53,459 bases of DNA from Anaeromyxobacteraceae bacterium (GCA_035719085.1 DASTGK010000456.1:1-53459); one strand, 5' to 3'. Positions 15,547-23,825 are shown, numbered from the stretch's first letter. Program-made: numbers and translations. Notes: a model not told the origin generated them from the sequence alone.

Positions 15547-15732
15547 GGCCGCGCGGATGGCGCGCCGGACCCACTCCGAGACGCTCACGCCGGCGGCGCG
15601 GGCGGCGGCGCGCACCTGCGGCAGCTCCGCCAGGGCCAGCGGAGGGAGTCGCGGGGGCTGACAGCACGTCTGGCACAGGCCGCGCCGATGGGCGCGGTTG
15701 CCGTCGCCCCGAGAACAGAGGGCGGTGGTCAC
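15535..15732 (-). CDS. Cys-motif plus ribbon-helix-helix protein. Paralogue of 48167-48469.
   Basis: LCSRGDGNRAHRRGLCQTC then AAARAAGVSVSEWVRRAIRAAL. GTGA overlap with the upstream gene. Confidence 0.6.
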   Translation of the reverse strand: MTTALCSRGDGNRAHRRGLCQTCCQPPRLPPLALAELPQVRAAARAAGVSVSEWVRRAIRAALPR

Positions 15733-16010
15733 TCGACCACTCTCAGGGGGTGCGGCGCATACACCGGGCCGTCGCTCCAGCCCGGCAACGACCGGAGCAC
15801 GTCAAGCTGCGCCGGGGTGACGCTCCCCGCGTCGATGGCGGCCTCGATGCGCGCGCCGTCCGGGCACTCGCGCAGCGCGTCCCACCACTCCTCGGCCGCG
15901 TACTCCTCGTCGACCTGCACACCGATCGGCGCGTCCGCGTGGCAGGCACACACCACCGGGACGCCCTCCAGCCGGCGAAGTCGCACCATCTCCTCGTGGT
16001 TGTCCGTCAT
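15729..16010 (-). CDS. Hypothetical protein.
   Basis: ATG at 16010. 93 aa, acidic. Confidence 0.5.
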   Translation of the reverse strand: MTDNHEEMVRLRRLEGVPVVCACHADAPIGVQVDEEYAAEEWWDALRECPDGARIEAAIDAGSVTPAQLDVLRSLPGWSDGPVYAPHPLRVVE

Positions 16011-16012
16011 GG

Positions 16013-16738
16013 CTACAGCGCCTCCGCAGTCGCGGCCCGCCACGCCGTCACCGGCACATCCCATGCGGTCCCAGCGATCGGAACGTCCACGGGGCCGCCG
16101 TCGAACGTGCGACGCGCGCCCGGCGTCGAGAGCGCGGTGGTGTAGTCCGACTCGGTGGCGTAGACCCGCCGGGTCTGCGTCGCGCGCGCGCCCGGCAGGG
16201 CGCTGGCCATCTGCGCCCGCGGGTCGTTCGCCTCCACGCGCACGGTGCGCTCCCGCACCGACACCACCGGGAGGCGCACTCCCCGCGGCGACGCCGCCAG
16301 ATCGCGCTGGAGCGCCGCCAGCTCCCGCGCCCCGAGTTGGCGCGCGCCAGTACGGGGCGCGTCGTCGTGCACCGGGACGACCCCGCGCACCCAGCCGTCC
16401 GCATGGAGCGCCAGCTCCGGGGTGGACGCAAGCGAGCCCGGCGCATGCGGCGCGTCCCGCCACACGGCGACGGGCGCCCCGACCCCCGCCGGCAGGTCGC
16501 CCGCGCCGAGGCACGACTCCAGCAGCGCCCGGATGCGCGTCGAGGCCGCCACGGACGCCGGGGCCCGCGCCGGCCGCGCCCCGTGGAGCCGGGTACTGAC
16601 GTCCGAGTGGTACCGGACCCCCTTGCGGGCCAGCCTCCATACCCGGCCGTCCTGCCCCTGCACCAGCAGCGGCGTGCCCGCCGGCACGTCCGCCGTGAAG
16701 TCGTAGCCGTCCAACGGGTGCTTCTTCGCGGTCTTCAT
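16013..16738 (-). CDS. Hypothetical protein; first gene behind the duplicated strong promoter.
   Basis: ATG at 16738 after ggagggaagaagcc. 241 aa, with no recognisable motif. Confidence 0.6.
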   Translation of the reverse strand: MKTAKKHPLDGYDFTADVPAGTPLLVQGQDGRVWRLARKGVRYHSDVSTRLHGARPARAPASVAASTRIRALLESCLGAGDLPAGVGAPVAVWRDAPHAPGSLASTPELALHADGWVRGVVPVHDDAPRTGARQLGARELAALQRDLAASPRGVRLPVVSVRERTVRVEANDPRAQMASALPGARATQTRRVYATESDYTTALSTPGARRTFDGGPVDVPIAGTAWDVPVTAWRAATAEAL

Positions 16739-16839
16739 GGCTTCTTCCCTCCGAGTCCCCGGCGAGCCGCCGGGGTGCCGAGGCGTCATTGCCTCGTCGA
16801 TGATGTATATATAAACAGTCTGGGCCGGGGTGTCAAGCG
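16730..16839. repeat. 110-bp promoter and leader cassette, copy A (identical to 51769-51878).
   Basis: Exact match read in both places. It spans the -35, the -10, two leader hairpins (16757-16775, 16779-16796), the RBS and the first three codons ATG AAG ACC. Confidence 0.95.
16808..16836 (-). promoter_or_regulatory. Near-consensus sigma70-type promoter: TTGACA, 17 nt spacer, TATATA.
   Basis: The minus strand reads cttgacaccccggcccagactgtttatatatacatc. The -10 sits in the near-palindrome TGTTTATATATACA. Confidence 0.65.
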
Positions 16840-16876
16840 GCGTCGAGCCGAATTCTGTGCTGGACGAGCCTGCTCC

Positions 16877-16892
16877 GGACGATTTCCATCAC
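16877..16892 (+). promoter_or_regulatory. Conserved 16-nt motif GGACGATTTCCATCAC, site 1, 19 nt upstream of the groES ATG.
   Basis: The same 16-mer occurs at 23826-23841 and 39975-39990. Confidence 0.6.
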
Positions 16893-16911
16893 CGGGGCGA
16901 GCATTTGGGGC

Positions 16912-17214
16912 ATGGACAAACTCAGGCCGTTGGGTGATGGGGTGCTGGTGCGGGTGGCTCAGGCCGACGCCACCAGCCAGGGCGGCATCATCATCCCGGA
17001 CGCTGCGAAGGAGAAGCAGCGACGGGGCGAGGTGCTGGCGGCGGGTCCGGGCCGGTGGGTGGCGGGCCACCAGGACGGCCAGGCCGAGCACTTCCACCCG
17101 GTCGGGGTGCTCCCGGGCGAGGTGGTGCTCTACGACGCGCTTGCGGGCGTGGACGTGGGCCCGGACTTGCTCCTCCTCAGGGAGTCGGACATCCTCGCCG
17201 TGGTGGAGAAGTAG
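16912..17214 (+). CDS. groES: Co-chaperonin GroES (Cpn10) homologue.
   Basis: MDKLRPLGDGVLVRV...QGGIIIPDAAKEKQRRGEVLAAGPG...ESDILAVVEK aligns along its whole length with bacterial GroES. Confidence 0.85.
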   Translation: MDKLRPLGDGVLVRVAQADATSQGGIIIPDAAKEKQRRGEVLAAGPGRWVAGHQDGQAEHFHPVGVLPGEVVLYDALAGVDVGPDLLLLRESDILAVVEK

Positions 17215-17231
17215 CTCCGAGGGCCCCGTCG

Positions 17232-17786
17232 GTGGCGCTCACGCCCAAGCAGAGGAAGTTCGTCCAGGAGTTGATGGTGGACGAGAACGCCCGTCAGGCC
17301 GCCATCCGCGCCGGGTACAGCCCGAAGTCCGCGGAGGTGAATGGCCCGCGCCTGTGTCGTCAGCCCAGCGTCCGCGCCGCCATCGAGGCCGCGCGCCTGG
17401 AGGCCGCCCAGCGCACGCAGCTCCGCCAGGAGGAGGTCATCGCGGAGCTGAAGCGCATCATCTTCGCCGACCCCCGCAAAGCGTTCGACGCGGAGGGCAA
17501 TCCCATCCCCATTCACGAGCTGCCCGAGGACGTGGCGCGGGCCATCGCCGCGACGAAGGTGCGCGTCGAGGACGTGCCCGGCCAGACGCTCGACGACGGC
17601 GCGGAGGTGAAGGCGCGCGCGGTGGCCAGCGTGAAGGAATGGAAGTGGTGGGACAAGACGAAGGGCCTGGAGCTGGCGATGCGTCACCTGGGGCTGCTCC
17701 GGGACAAGGTGGAGCACTCCGGGAAGGACGGCGAGCCGCTGGAGGTGCGGGTGACGCTGGTGCGCGAGGGTGAGGGGGAGCGCTGA
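17232..17786 (+). CDS. terS: Terminase small subunit (Terminase_2-like).
   Basis: LTPKQRKFVQELMVDENARQAAIRAGYSPKSAEVNGPRLCRQPSVRAAIEAA. Confidence 0.8.
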   Translation: MALTPKQRKFVQELMVDENARQAAIRAGYSPKSAEVNGPRLCRQPSVRAAIEAARLEAAQRTQLRQEEVIAELKRIIFADPRKAFDAEGNPIPIHELPEDVARAIAATKVRVEDVPGQTLDDGAEVKARAVASVKEWKWWDKTKGLELAMRHLGLLRDKVEHSGKDGEPLEVRVTLVREGEGER

Positions 17787-18286
17787 TGGGTCAGGCGTCG
17801 ATGCGGAAGTGGATGCGCCGGGCCTGGGTCGCGCTGGAGCCGGTGCGGGCTAAGTACGGCCATCCTGGACCGGGCAGCGTGATCCAGTTTCCGGTGCGCG
17901 CGACCGCCCTCCGCATGCGCCGCGAGCATCGTCGCGCGCGCCAGCGGGCGCGACGAGAACGGATGTGGGCCGCCATCGGGGCAGCGCTCACCGCCGAGCT
18001 GCCCGAGTACTTGGCGCGGGCCATCGCGAGTCCGTGGCCGGGAAGGTCTCAGGGTGCGTGGTCGCGCCTGAGCCGGATGGACAAGACGTACGAGCGGCCT
18101 CTCCGATTGGTTGCCATCACGCAGGCGAGCGTTCAAGTCGGCACCCTCTCGCCGACGCAGACCTGCGCCGATCTCGCCCCCGCCGGCTGGGTCTGCGAGG
18201 AGCACGGCGCTTCTGGCGTCGTGGGCTGCTACGGCCCCTGGATGCCGGCCACGTCCACCACCATCCCGGAGATCTCCCATGGGTAA
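17786..18286 (+). CDS. Hypothetical protein.
   Basis: TGATG junction at 17784-17788. 166 aa. Confidence 0.45.
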   Translation: MGQASMRKWMRRAWVALEPVRAKYGHPGPGSVIQFPVRATALRMRREHRRARQRARRERMWAAIGAALTAELPEYLARAIASPWPGRSQGAWSRLSRMDKTYERPLRLVAITQASVQVGTLSPTQTCADLAPAGWVCEEHGASGVVGCYGPWMPATSTTIPEISHG

Positions 18287-18575
18287 CAAGATCGGCCTGG
18301 TCCCATCCGACGACTCGGCGCTCATCCGCCAGCAGGCGCTCGCGGCGGCGCTGGCCCGCCCCGACGCGGCGCCCCCGAGCGCCCCCGCCGTCGCTCCGTC
18401 GTCGGCGCTGCAGCGGATGCGCGCCCTCGCCGCGGCCCTGCGCATGGCGCCCCACCGTGACGCCGCCGTCCAGTACGGCCCCAGCGGCGAGGTGATGCCC
18501 GGAGCCGGCGTCGCGCCGGCGGTGCGCCCGGCCATGCTGCCCAACCCGAAGAGGGTGCCCGCCGTCCAGCCGTGA
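18279..18575 (+). CDS. Hypothetical Ala/Pro-rich protein.
   Basis: ATG at 18279. 98 aa. Confidence 0.4.
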   Translation: MGNKIGLVPSDDSALIRQQALAAALARPDAAPPSAPAVAPSSALQRMRALAAALRMAPHRDAAVQYGPSGEVMPGAGVAPAVRPAMLPNPKRVPAVQP

Positions 18576-19984
18576 GAGTCCAGGTCCCCAACAACTTCAC
18601 GCCGCGCCCCTACCAGCGCGGGTACATGGCCTACCACGACGCGGGCGGGAAGCGCTCCGTCTGGGTGGTGGCTCGCCGCGGCGGGAAAGACCTCACCTCC
18701 CTGCACCAGACCCACAAGATGATGTGGCAGCGCGTCGGGGCCTACTGGCACGTCTACCCGACGGCGGAGTGGGGGCGCCGGGCCATCTGGACGGAGTTCA
18801 CCCGCGACGGCCAGCGCATCATGGAGCAGGTGTTCCCCGCCGCGCTGAGGAAGTCCCCGGCGAAGTGGGCGCCCCAGGGCGAAATGGTGGTGGAGCTGAA
18901 GAACGGCTCCGTGTGGCGCCTCCTCGGCTCCGACATGAACGAGGTGGTCGGCGCCGGCCCGGTGGGGGTGGTGTTCAGTGAGTTCGCCCTCGCGAAGCCG
19001 AAGGCGTGGGACCTCATCCGTCCGATGTTGATGGAGCGCGACGGCTGGGCCAGCTTCGTCTCGACGCCGCGCGGGCGGAACCACCTCAAGAAGCTGTTCG
19101 ACGTGGCGCAGGTGACGCCGGGCTGGTGGGCGCAGCGACTCACCATCCACGACATCGGCGGCTACCCGGGCCGGACGCCGGAGTCCATCCTCGCCGAGGA
19201 GCGCGCGTCCGGGATGCCCGAGGCGTTGGTGCGCCAGGAATACGAGTGCGACTGGACGGCGGCGCTGGTCGGCTCCGTCTGGGGTGACCTGGTGGAGGCA
19301 CTCGACAAGGCCGGCCTGCTGGGCCAGGACTTCGAGCACCCGTCCACGGGCATCTACACGACGTGGGACTTGGGCATCGACGATGCGACGGCGGTGTGGT
19401 GGTGGCGCTTCCGGGCGGACCGCTCCGTCGAGGTGCTCGACTACTACGAGGCGCGGAACAAGCCGCTCTCCCACTACTTCGACGAGGTGGACCGTCGCGC
19501 GCTGGAGCGCGGGTGGAAGTACCAGCGGCACTGGCTCCCCCACGACGCCCGGGCGCGCACGCTGGCCACCGGCGTCTCCATCATCGAGCTCTGTGCAGAG
19601 CACTGGGGCGCGGAGTTCGTCGACATCGCCCCGGCGCTGTCGCTGATGGACGGCATCCAGGCCGGGCGGTGGCTGCTCCAGCGCAAGCCGCGCTTCCACG
19701 CGCGCTGTGCCGAGGGCGTGGAAGCGCTCCGTCAGTACCACTACAAGTGGGACGAGGACGCGAAGACGCTCTCCTCGCAGCCCGTCCACGACTGGAGCAG
19801 CCACGGCGCGGATGCCTTCCGAGGCATCGCCTGCACCGCGCGCTACCTTGAGGAGCTGACGCGCCCGCCGCCGGAGACGCCGCGGATGCCGGTGGCGCAG
19901 CCGCTCAGCAGCATCACCATGGACCAGGCGTTCGAGTGGGCCGCGGCAGATCGACGCGGCCGGAAGGGTCGGGACAGGCTGTGA
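18572..19984 (+). CDS. terL: Terminase large subunit.
   Basis: N-terminal ATPase (YQRGYM...VWVVARRGGKDLT) and C-terminal nuclease (YTTWDLGIDDATAVWWW...HWLPHDA). 470 aa. Confidence 0.85.
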   Translation: MRVQVPNNFTPRPYQRGYMAYHDAGGKRSVWVVARRGGKDLTSLHQTHKMMWQRVGAYWHVYPTAEWGRRAIWTEFTRDGQRIMEQVFPAALRKSPAKWAPQGEMVVELKNGSVWRLLGSDMNEVVGAGPVGVVFSEFALAKPKAWDLIRPMLMERDGWASFVSTPRGRNHLKKLFDVAQVTPGWWAQRLTIHDIGGYPGRTPESILAEERASGMPEALVRQEYECDWTAALVGSVWGDLVEALDKAGLLGQDFEHPSTGIYTTWDLGIDDATAVWWWRFRADRSVEVLDYYEARNKPLSHYFDEVDRRALERGWKYQRHWLPHDARARTLATGVSIIELCAEHWGAEFVDIAPALSLMDGIQAGRWLLQRKPRFHARCAEGVEALRQYHYKWDEDAKTLSSQPVHDWSSHGADAFRGIACTARYLEELTRPPPETPRMPVAQPLSSITMDQAFEWAAADRRGRKGRDRL

Positions 19985-20241
19985 TCATCCCCACGCTGTC
20001 GGCGTACATGCGGTGCGACCACGAGAGCCCCGAGGGCGGGTGCGACGCGGCGATGCCGGTCCAACTCATCCTCCTCGTCTCGGGCGGGTTCGGCTTCCGC
20101 CCGCCCCCGGACGCGAAGGCGTGGCAGCTCGGCGCTGGACCGGCCGGGCAGTTCCTCTGCCGGTGCCCGAAGCACGCCGAGAAGGTGGTGAAGCCGCCGT
20201 CGGAGCTCGCGGCGGTCCTCGCGGGCGGGAGCAAGCACTGA
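19981..20241 (+). CDS. Hypothetical Cys-containing protein.
   Basis: GTGA overlap at 19981-19984. 86 aa. Confidence 0.45.
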   Translation: MIIPTLSAYMRCDHESPEGGCDAAMPVQLILLVSGGFGFRPPPDAKAWQLGAGPAGQFLCRCPKHAEKVVKPPSELAAVLAGGSKH

Positions 20242-22298
20242 TGCCCCCCGTTCAACGCGCTGGCGACGACACCCAGGAGGGCGAGTTCGCGGACACGCCC
20301 GCTGGATGGGCGCAGCTCTGGGCGCTGGAGTTCAGCGCCGCCCGCGACGCGCTCAAGCGCTGGCAGAAGCGCGCGAAGAAAGTGGACGAGCGCTTCCGCG
20401 ACGACCGCGAGGCGAAGGACCGTACCGACACCCGGTGGAACCTCTTCACCGCCAACGTCCGCACCCAGCAGAGCATCCTCTACGGCAAGGTGCCGCAGGT
20501 GAGCGTCTCCCGGCGCTTCGCCGACGCGAAGGACGACGACGCGCGCGTGGCCGGGGAGATGCTGGAGCGGCTGCTCAACACAGACATCGAACGCGACGGC
20601 GACGGCTACGCGCTGGCGCTCCAGCAGGCCGCCCAGGACTACCTCTTGCCCGGCCTCGGCAACGCGCGCATCCGGTACGAGTTGGAGGAGGAGGACACGC
20701 CCGAGACGCCGGAGCGCCGCGACGAAGCCGGCAACGTCATTGCTCCAGCCATCGAGGTCGGCAAGCGGAAGGTGAACGAGGACGTGGAGGTGGACTACGT
20801 CCACTGGCAGGACCAGCTCTGGAGCCCCGCCCGCGTCTGGCAGGAGGTGCGCTGGTGGGCGTTCCGCGCGGAGATGTCGCGCGACGCGCTGGTGAAGCGC
20901 TTCGGCGAGCTGGGCAAGTCCGTCCCGCTCAACGCCAAGAAGCCCAAGGGCGAGGAGCGCACGCGCGGAGACCAGCCCGCCAAGCCGAGCCCGTGGGGCC
21001 GCGCGGAGGTGTGGGAGGTCTGGGACAAGGAGCGCCGCAAGGTGTGGTGGTACGTCGAGGGCTTCGGGAAAATCCTCGACTCCAAGCCAGACCCGCTCGG
21101 GCTCCAGGGCTTCTGGCCGTTCCCCCGGCCAATGGCGGCGAACATCACCAACACCGCGTTCGTCCCCACGCCGGACTTCGTCCTCGCTCAGGACATGTAC
21201 GACGAGATCGACCTCGTCTCGACGAAAATTACCGAGCTCCAGGACGCGCTGAAGGTGGCCGGCGTCTACGACTCGAAGAACGAGGGCGTCCAGCAGCTCC
21301 TCGAGAACGCCGGCCGCAACGTCCTCATCCCGGTGAAGAACTGGGGCAACTTCGCCCAGGGCGGCGGGCTCAAGGGCGTCGTCGACTGGATGCCCATGGA
21401 GCAGGTGGTCGCCGTCCTCAACGCCCTGCGCGAGTACCGCGCGGAGCTGATTCAGGCGCTCGACCAGGTGGAAGGCACGTCCGACTTGATGCGCGGCCAG
21501 GCCGCGGACGCAGCGGAGACGGCCACCGCGCAGGGCATCAAGGCGCGCTTCGGGTCCGTGCGCATCCAGGCCAAACAGGACGAGTTGGCCCGGTTCGCCT
21601 CGGAGCTGCAGTGGCTCAAGGCACAGGTCATCGCCAAGTTCTTCGACCAGGAGACCATCCTGGAGCGGAGCAACGCCGCGTACATGTTCGACGACATGGC
21701 GGTGGCGCGGCGGGCGGTGGGGCTCATCAAGGAGAAGCTGGCGCGCGAATACCGCGTCCAGGTGAAGCCGGAGAACGTCAGCCTCCAGGACTTCGCGGCG
21801 CTCAAGCAGGAGAAGATGGAGGTGCTCGGCGCGGTGGGCCAGTACCTCACCACCATCGGGCCGCTGGCGCAGCAGGCGCCCGGCTCCGCACCGTTCCTCC
21901 TCGAAATCCTCCAGTGGACGGTGGGCGGACTCCGCGGCGCGTCGACGCTGGAGGGCATCATCGACCGGGCGGTGACGGCGGCGAAACAGGCCGCGCAGGC
22001 GCCTCAGGGCCAGCAGGCACCGGACCCGAAGCTCCTTGCCGCCCAAGCGAAGATGCAGGCGCAGCAGCAGAAGGCCATGCTCGACGAGCAGAAGGCCCAG
22101 GCGGACCTCCAGCGCGACGGGCTCCGGCACCAGATGGACGTGCAGGCCGAGACGGCGAAGCAGGAGATTCAGACCAAGCAGAACATCCAGGAGGAGAAGA
22201 TGCGGCTCGAGCTGAAGGCGCAGGCGAAGGCGGCGGAGCAGGCCCTGGCGCCGGTGCGGCCGGACCCGCTCGTGGTGGCGCCCCGGAGGTTGCCATGA
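20241..22298 (+). CDS. Portal protein.
   Basis: 685 aa, immediately downstream of terL. It has a long helical Gln/Ala/Lys-rich C-terminus, typical of portals in size and position. Confidence 0.75.
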   Translation: MPPVQRAGDDTQEGEFADTPAGWAQLWALEFSAARDALKRWQKRAKKVDERFRDDREAKDRTDTRWNLFTANVRTQQSILYGKVPQVSVSRRFADAKDDDARVAGEMLERLLNTDIERDGDGYALALQQAAQDYLLPGLGNARIRYELEEEDTPETPERRDEAGNVIAPAIEVGKRKVNEDVEVDYVHWQDQLWSPARVWQEVRWWAFRAEMSRDALVKRFGELGKSVPLNAKKPKGEERTRGDQPAKPSPWGRAEVWEVWDKERRKVWWYVEGFGKILDSKPDPLGLQGFWPFPRPMAANITNTAFVPTPDFVLAQDMYDEIDLVSTKITELQDALKVAGVYDSKNEGVQQLLENAGRNVLIPVKNWGNFAQGGGLKGVVDWMPMEQVVAVLNALREYRAELIQALDQVEGTSDLMRGQAADAAETATAQGIKARFGSVRIQAKQDELARFASELQWLKAQVIAKFFDQETILERSNAAYMFDDMAVARRAVGLIKEKLAREYRVQVKPENVSLQDFAALKQEKMEVLGAVGQYLTTIGPLAQQAPGSAPFLLEILQWTVGGLRGASTLEGIIDRAVTAAKQAAQAPQGQQAPDPKLLAAQAKMQAQQQKAMLDEQKAQADLQRDGLRHQMDVQAETAKQEIQTKQNIQEEKMRLELKAQAKAAEQALAPVRPDPLVVAPRRLP
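22108..22161. repeat. 54-bp exact direct repeat, copy 1 (inside the portal 3' end).
   Basis: tccagcgcgacgggctccggcaccagatggacgtgcaggccgagacggcgaagc is also at 23150-23203. Confidence 0.95.
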
Positions 22299-22687
22299 GC
22301 GAACGCAACCGCGCGACGCCGTGGTGGCTGGGTGGCGTCGTGCGCCCCAGCGTCCGAGGAATCAATGCGGCCTCCATGGACGCTGGCCGGAGAGCTGCGG
22401 CCGAGCGCCATGAGCGGGCGCTCGCGCGGGTGTTCTCCGGAGAGCCCATCCTTGACAACCGGGGCTCGTTCCGTGCGGCCCTTGGGCGCGACGGTGAGAC
22501 CGTCATCCAGCGCGACACCGTCATCGCGAGATATCGCAACGAAGATACGGCGCTGGCGACTTTGCGCGCGTCTCTTGCTGGCGTGTGGGCTGGGATGAGC
22601 CGGGCGACGGCCGAGGTCCAGCCGCGCAAGCCCAAGCCGAACAAGCCACGCGCCCTGAGGAGCAAAGCGCGGAGGGCCACGCCATGA
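22295..22687 (+). CDS. Hypothetical protein.
   Basis: ATGA overlap with the portal stop. 130 aa, with somewhat lower GC3. Confidence 0.5.
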   Translation: MSERNRATPWWLGGVVRPSVRGINAASMDAGRRAAAERHERALARVFSGEPILDNRGSFRAALGRDGETVIQRDTVIARYRNEDTALATLRASLAGVWAGMSRATAEVQPRKPKPNKPRALRSKARRATP

Positions 22688-22938
22688 GCCTCATGCGCCA
22701 TCTTGACTCGATGCAGGTCACCCAGAAACGGCAGGCACGGATGCGCCCCCGATGCTGGATGATCGGGTGCCCGCTCGGCCACGGCCATATCGGCCGTCAT
22801 GCTCGTGGCGCGCGGGTCCCGAGCCAGGTTGAAATGCTCCAGCGCGCGTATCAAGAGGCCGGTCCGACCATCGCGGACAACGTCACCAAGAACAACGCCT
22901 TGTTGGCGCTCTTCCTTCGGCGGGGCGCTACGCCATGA
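22684..22938 (+). CDS. Hypothetical protein whose C-terminus copies the major capsid N-terminal motif.
   Basis: ...GPTIADNVTKNNALLALF compared with capsid ...GEIADNVTKNNALFSRL. 32 of 35 nt are identical (22870-22904 vs 26692-26726). Confidence 0.45.
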   Translation: MSLMRHLDSMQVTQKRQARMRPRCWMIGCPLGHGHIGRHARGARVPSQVEMLQRAYQEAGPTIADNVTKNNALLALFLRRGATP

Positions 22939-23417
22939 GCGTCCACGACTGCCCGTGCTGCGAGTGCGTAGAGGACGAGGATGCGCCGCCCTCCCCGGAG
23001 GAACTGGCCGCAGCGCGCGAACGCGAGGAGCGCCAGATGGCGGAGAGCATGACTCCGGCCCGTACCTCGCTGGAGCAGGCGGGGCGCGACGCGGTGACGG
23101 CGGCGAAGCAGGCGGCCGGGCTCCCGCCCGACTACGTGTTCCGTGAGCTTCCAGCGCGACGGGCTCCGGCACCAGATGGACGTGCAGGCCGAGACGGCGA
23201 AGCGTTGGTGACTCGTCTCGCCCACGCGCTGCGGGACGCCATCCAGTATAGCGGCAACAACGTGCATTGCTGGTATCCGGATCCGGGGTGCCTGCGCGCC
23301 GAGAGCGGCAGCACCCTCCGCCGGAACGGAGTCCCGGTCCCGGAGGAGCGGCATCCGGAATGCGTTCGTAACGAGGCGCTGCTCAGAGAGGCCGGACAGC
23401 TCCCGGAGGAGGCATGA
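22935..23417 (+). CDS. Hypothetical protein (CPCCEC N-terminus) carrying the 54-bp portal-derived patch in a foreign frame.
   Basis: GC3 is high on both sides of 23150-23203 but low inside it. Confidence 0.45.
   Translation: MSVHDCPCCECVEDEDAPPSPEELAAAREREERQMAESMTPARTSLEQAGRDAVTAAKQAAGLPPDYVFRELPARRAPAPDGRAGRDGEALVTRLAHALRDAIQYSGNNVHCWYPDPGCLRAESGSTLRRNGVPVPEERHPECVRNEALLREAGQLPEEA
23150..23203. repeat. 54-bp exact direct repeat, copy 2.
   Basis: Identical to 22108-22161, but read here in a different frame. Confidence 0.95.
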
Positions 23418-23773
23418 GCCGCCGCCGCTACCGCTACGTGACGAACGAGGCCGGCGAGGTGGTGCCGGTCGAGGTGAGCGCCAGCTACGAGGGCCACGGG
23501 GATGCCTCCGGCCGCGTCGAGCTGATGCTGGACTCCCACTACGACGGCCTCCGGGCCACGGACGGGACGCCCATCGACTCCCGGGCGAAGCACCGCGAGT
23601 ACATGCGCCGGAACAACCTCACCACCGTCGACGACTTCAAGGAGACGTGGGCGAAGGCGGCCGAGCGCCGCGCCCAGGTGTTCACCGAGGGCGGCACCGC
23701 AGCGGACCGTGCTTCCCGGCGCGCTGCCGTGGAGCGGGCGTTCGCGCAGGCCGAGCGCAGCGGCCGGCGGTGA
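23414..23773 (+). CDS. Hypothetical protein.
   Basis: ATGA overlap. 119 aa. Confidence 0.55.
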   Translation: MSRRRYRYVTNEAGEVVPVEVSASYEGHGDASGRVELMLDSHYDGLRATDGTPIDSRAKHREYMRRNNLTTVDDFKETWAKAAERRAQVFTEGGTAADRASRRAAVERAFAQAERSGRR

Positions 23774-23777
23774 ACGC

Positions 23778-23802
23778 CCGAAGCATCACGATGACGCTTC
23801 GG
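23778..23802 (+). terminator. Palindromic element copy 4, placed 5 nt after a stop codon. Candidate terminator or processing hairpin.
   Basis: ccgaagcatca-cga-tgacgcttcgg. Confidence 0.5.
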
Positions 23803-23825
23803 AAAGCACGGTCCAGCCCCGCGAC

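Noticed and set aside
16877-16892. The 16-nt motif as a sigma54 (-24 GG / -12 GC) promoter.
   Set aside because: There is no TGGCAC-N5-TTGC-like spacing in or around any of the copies. Its class is left open.
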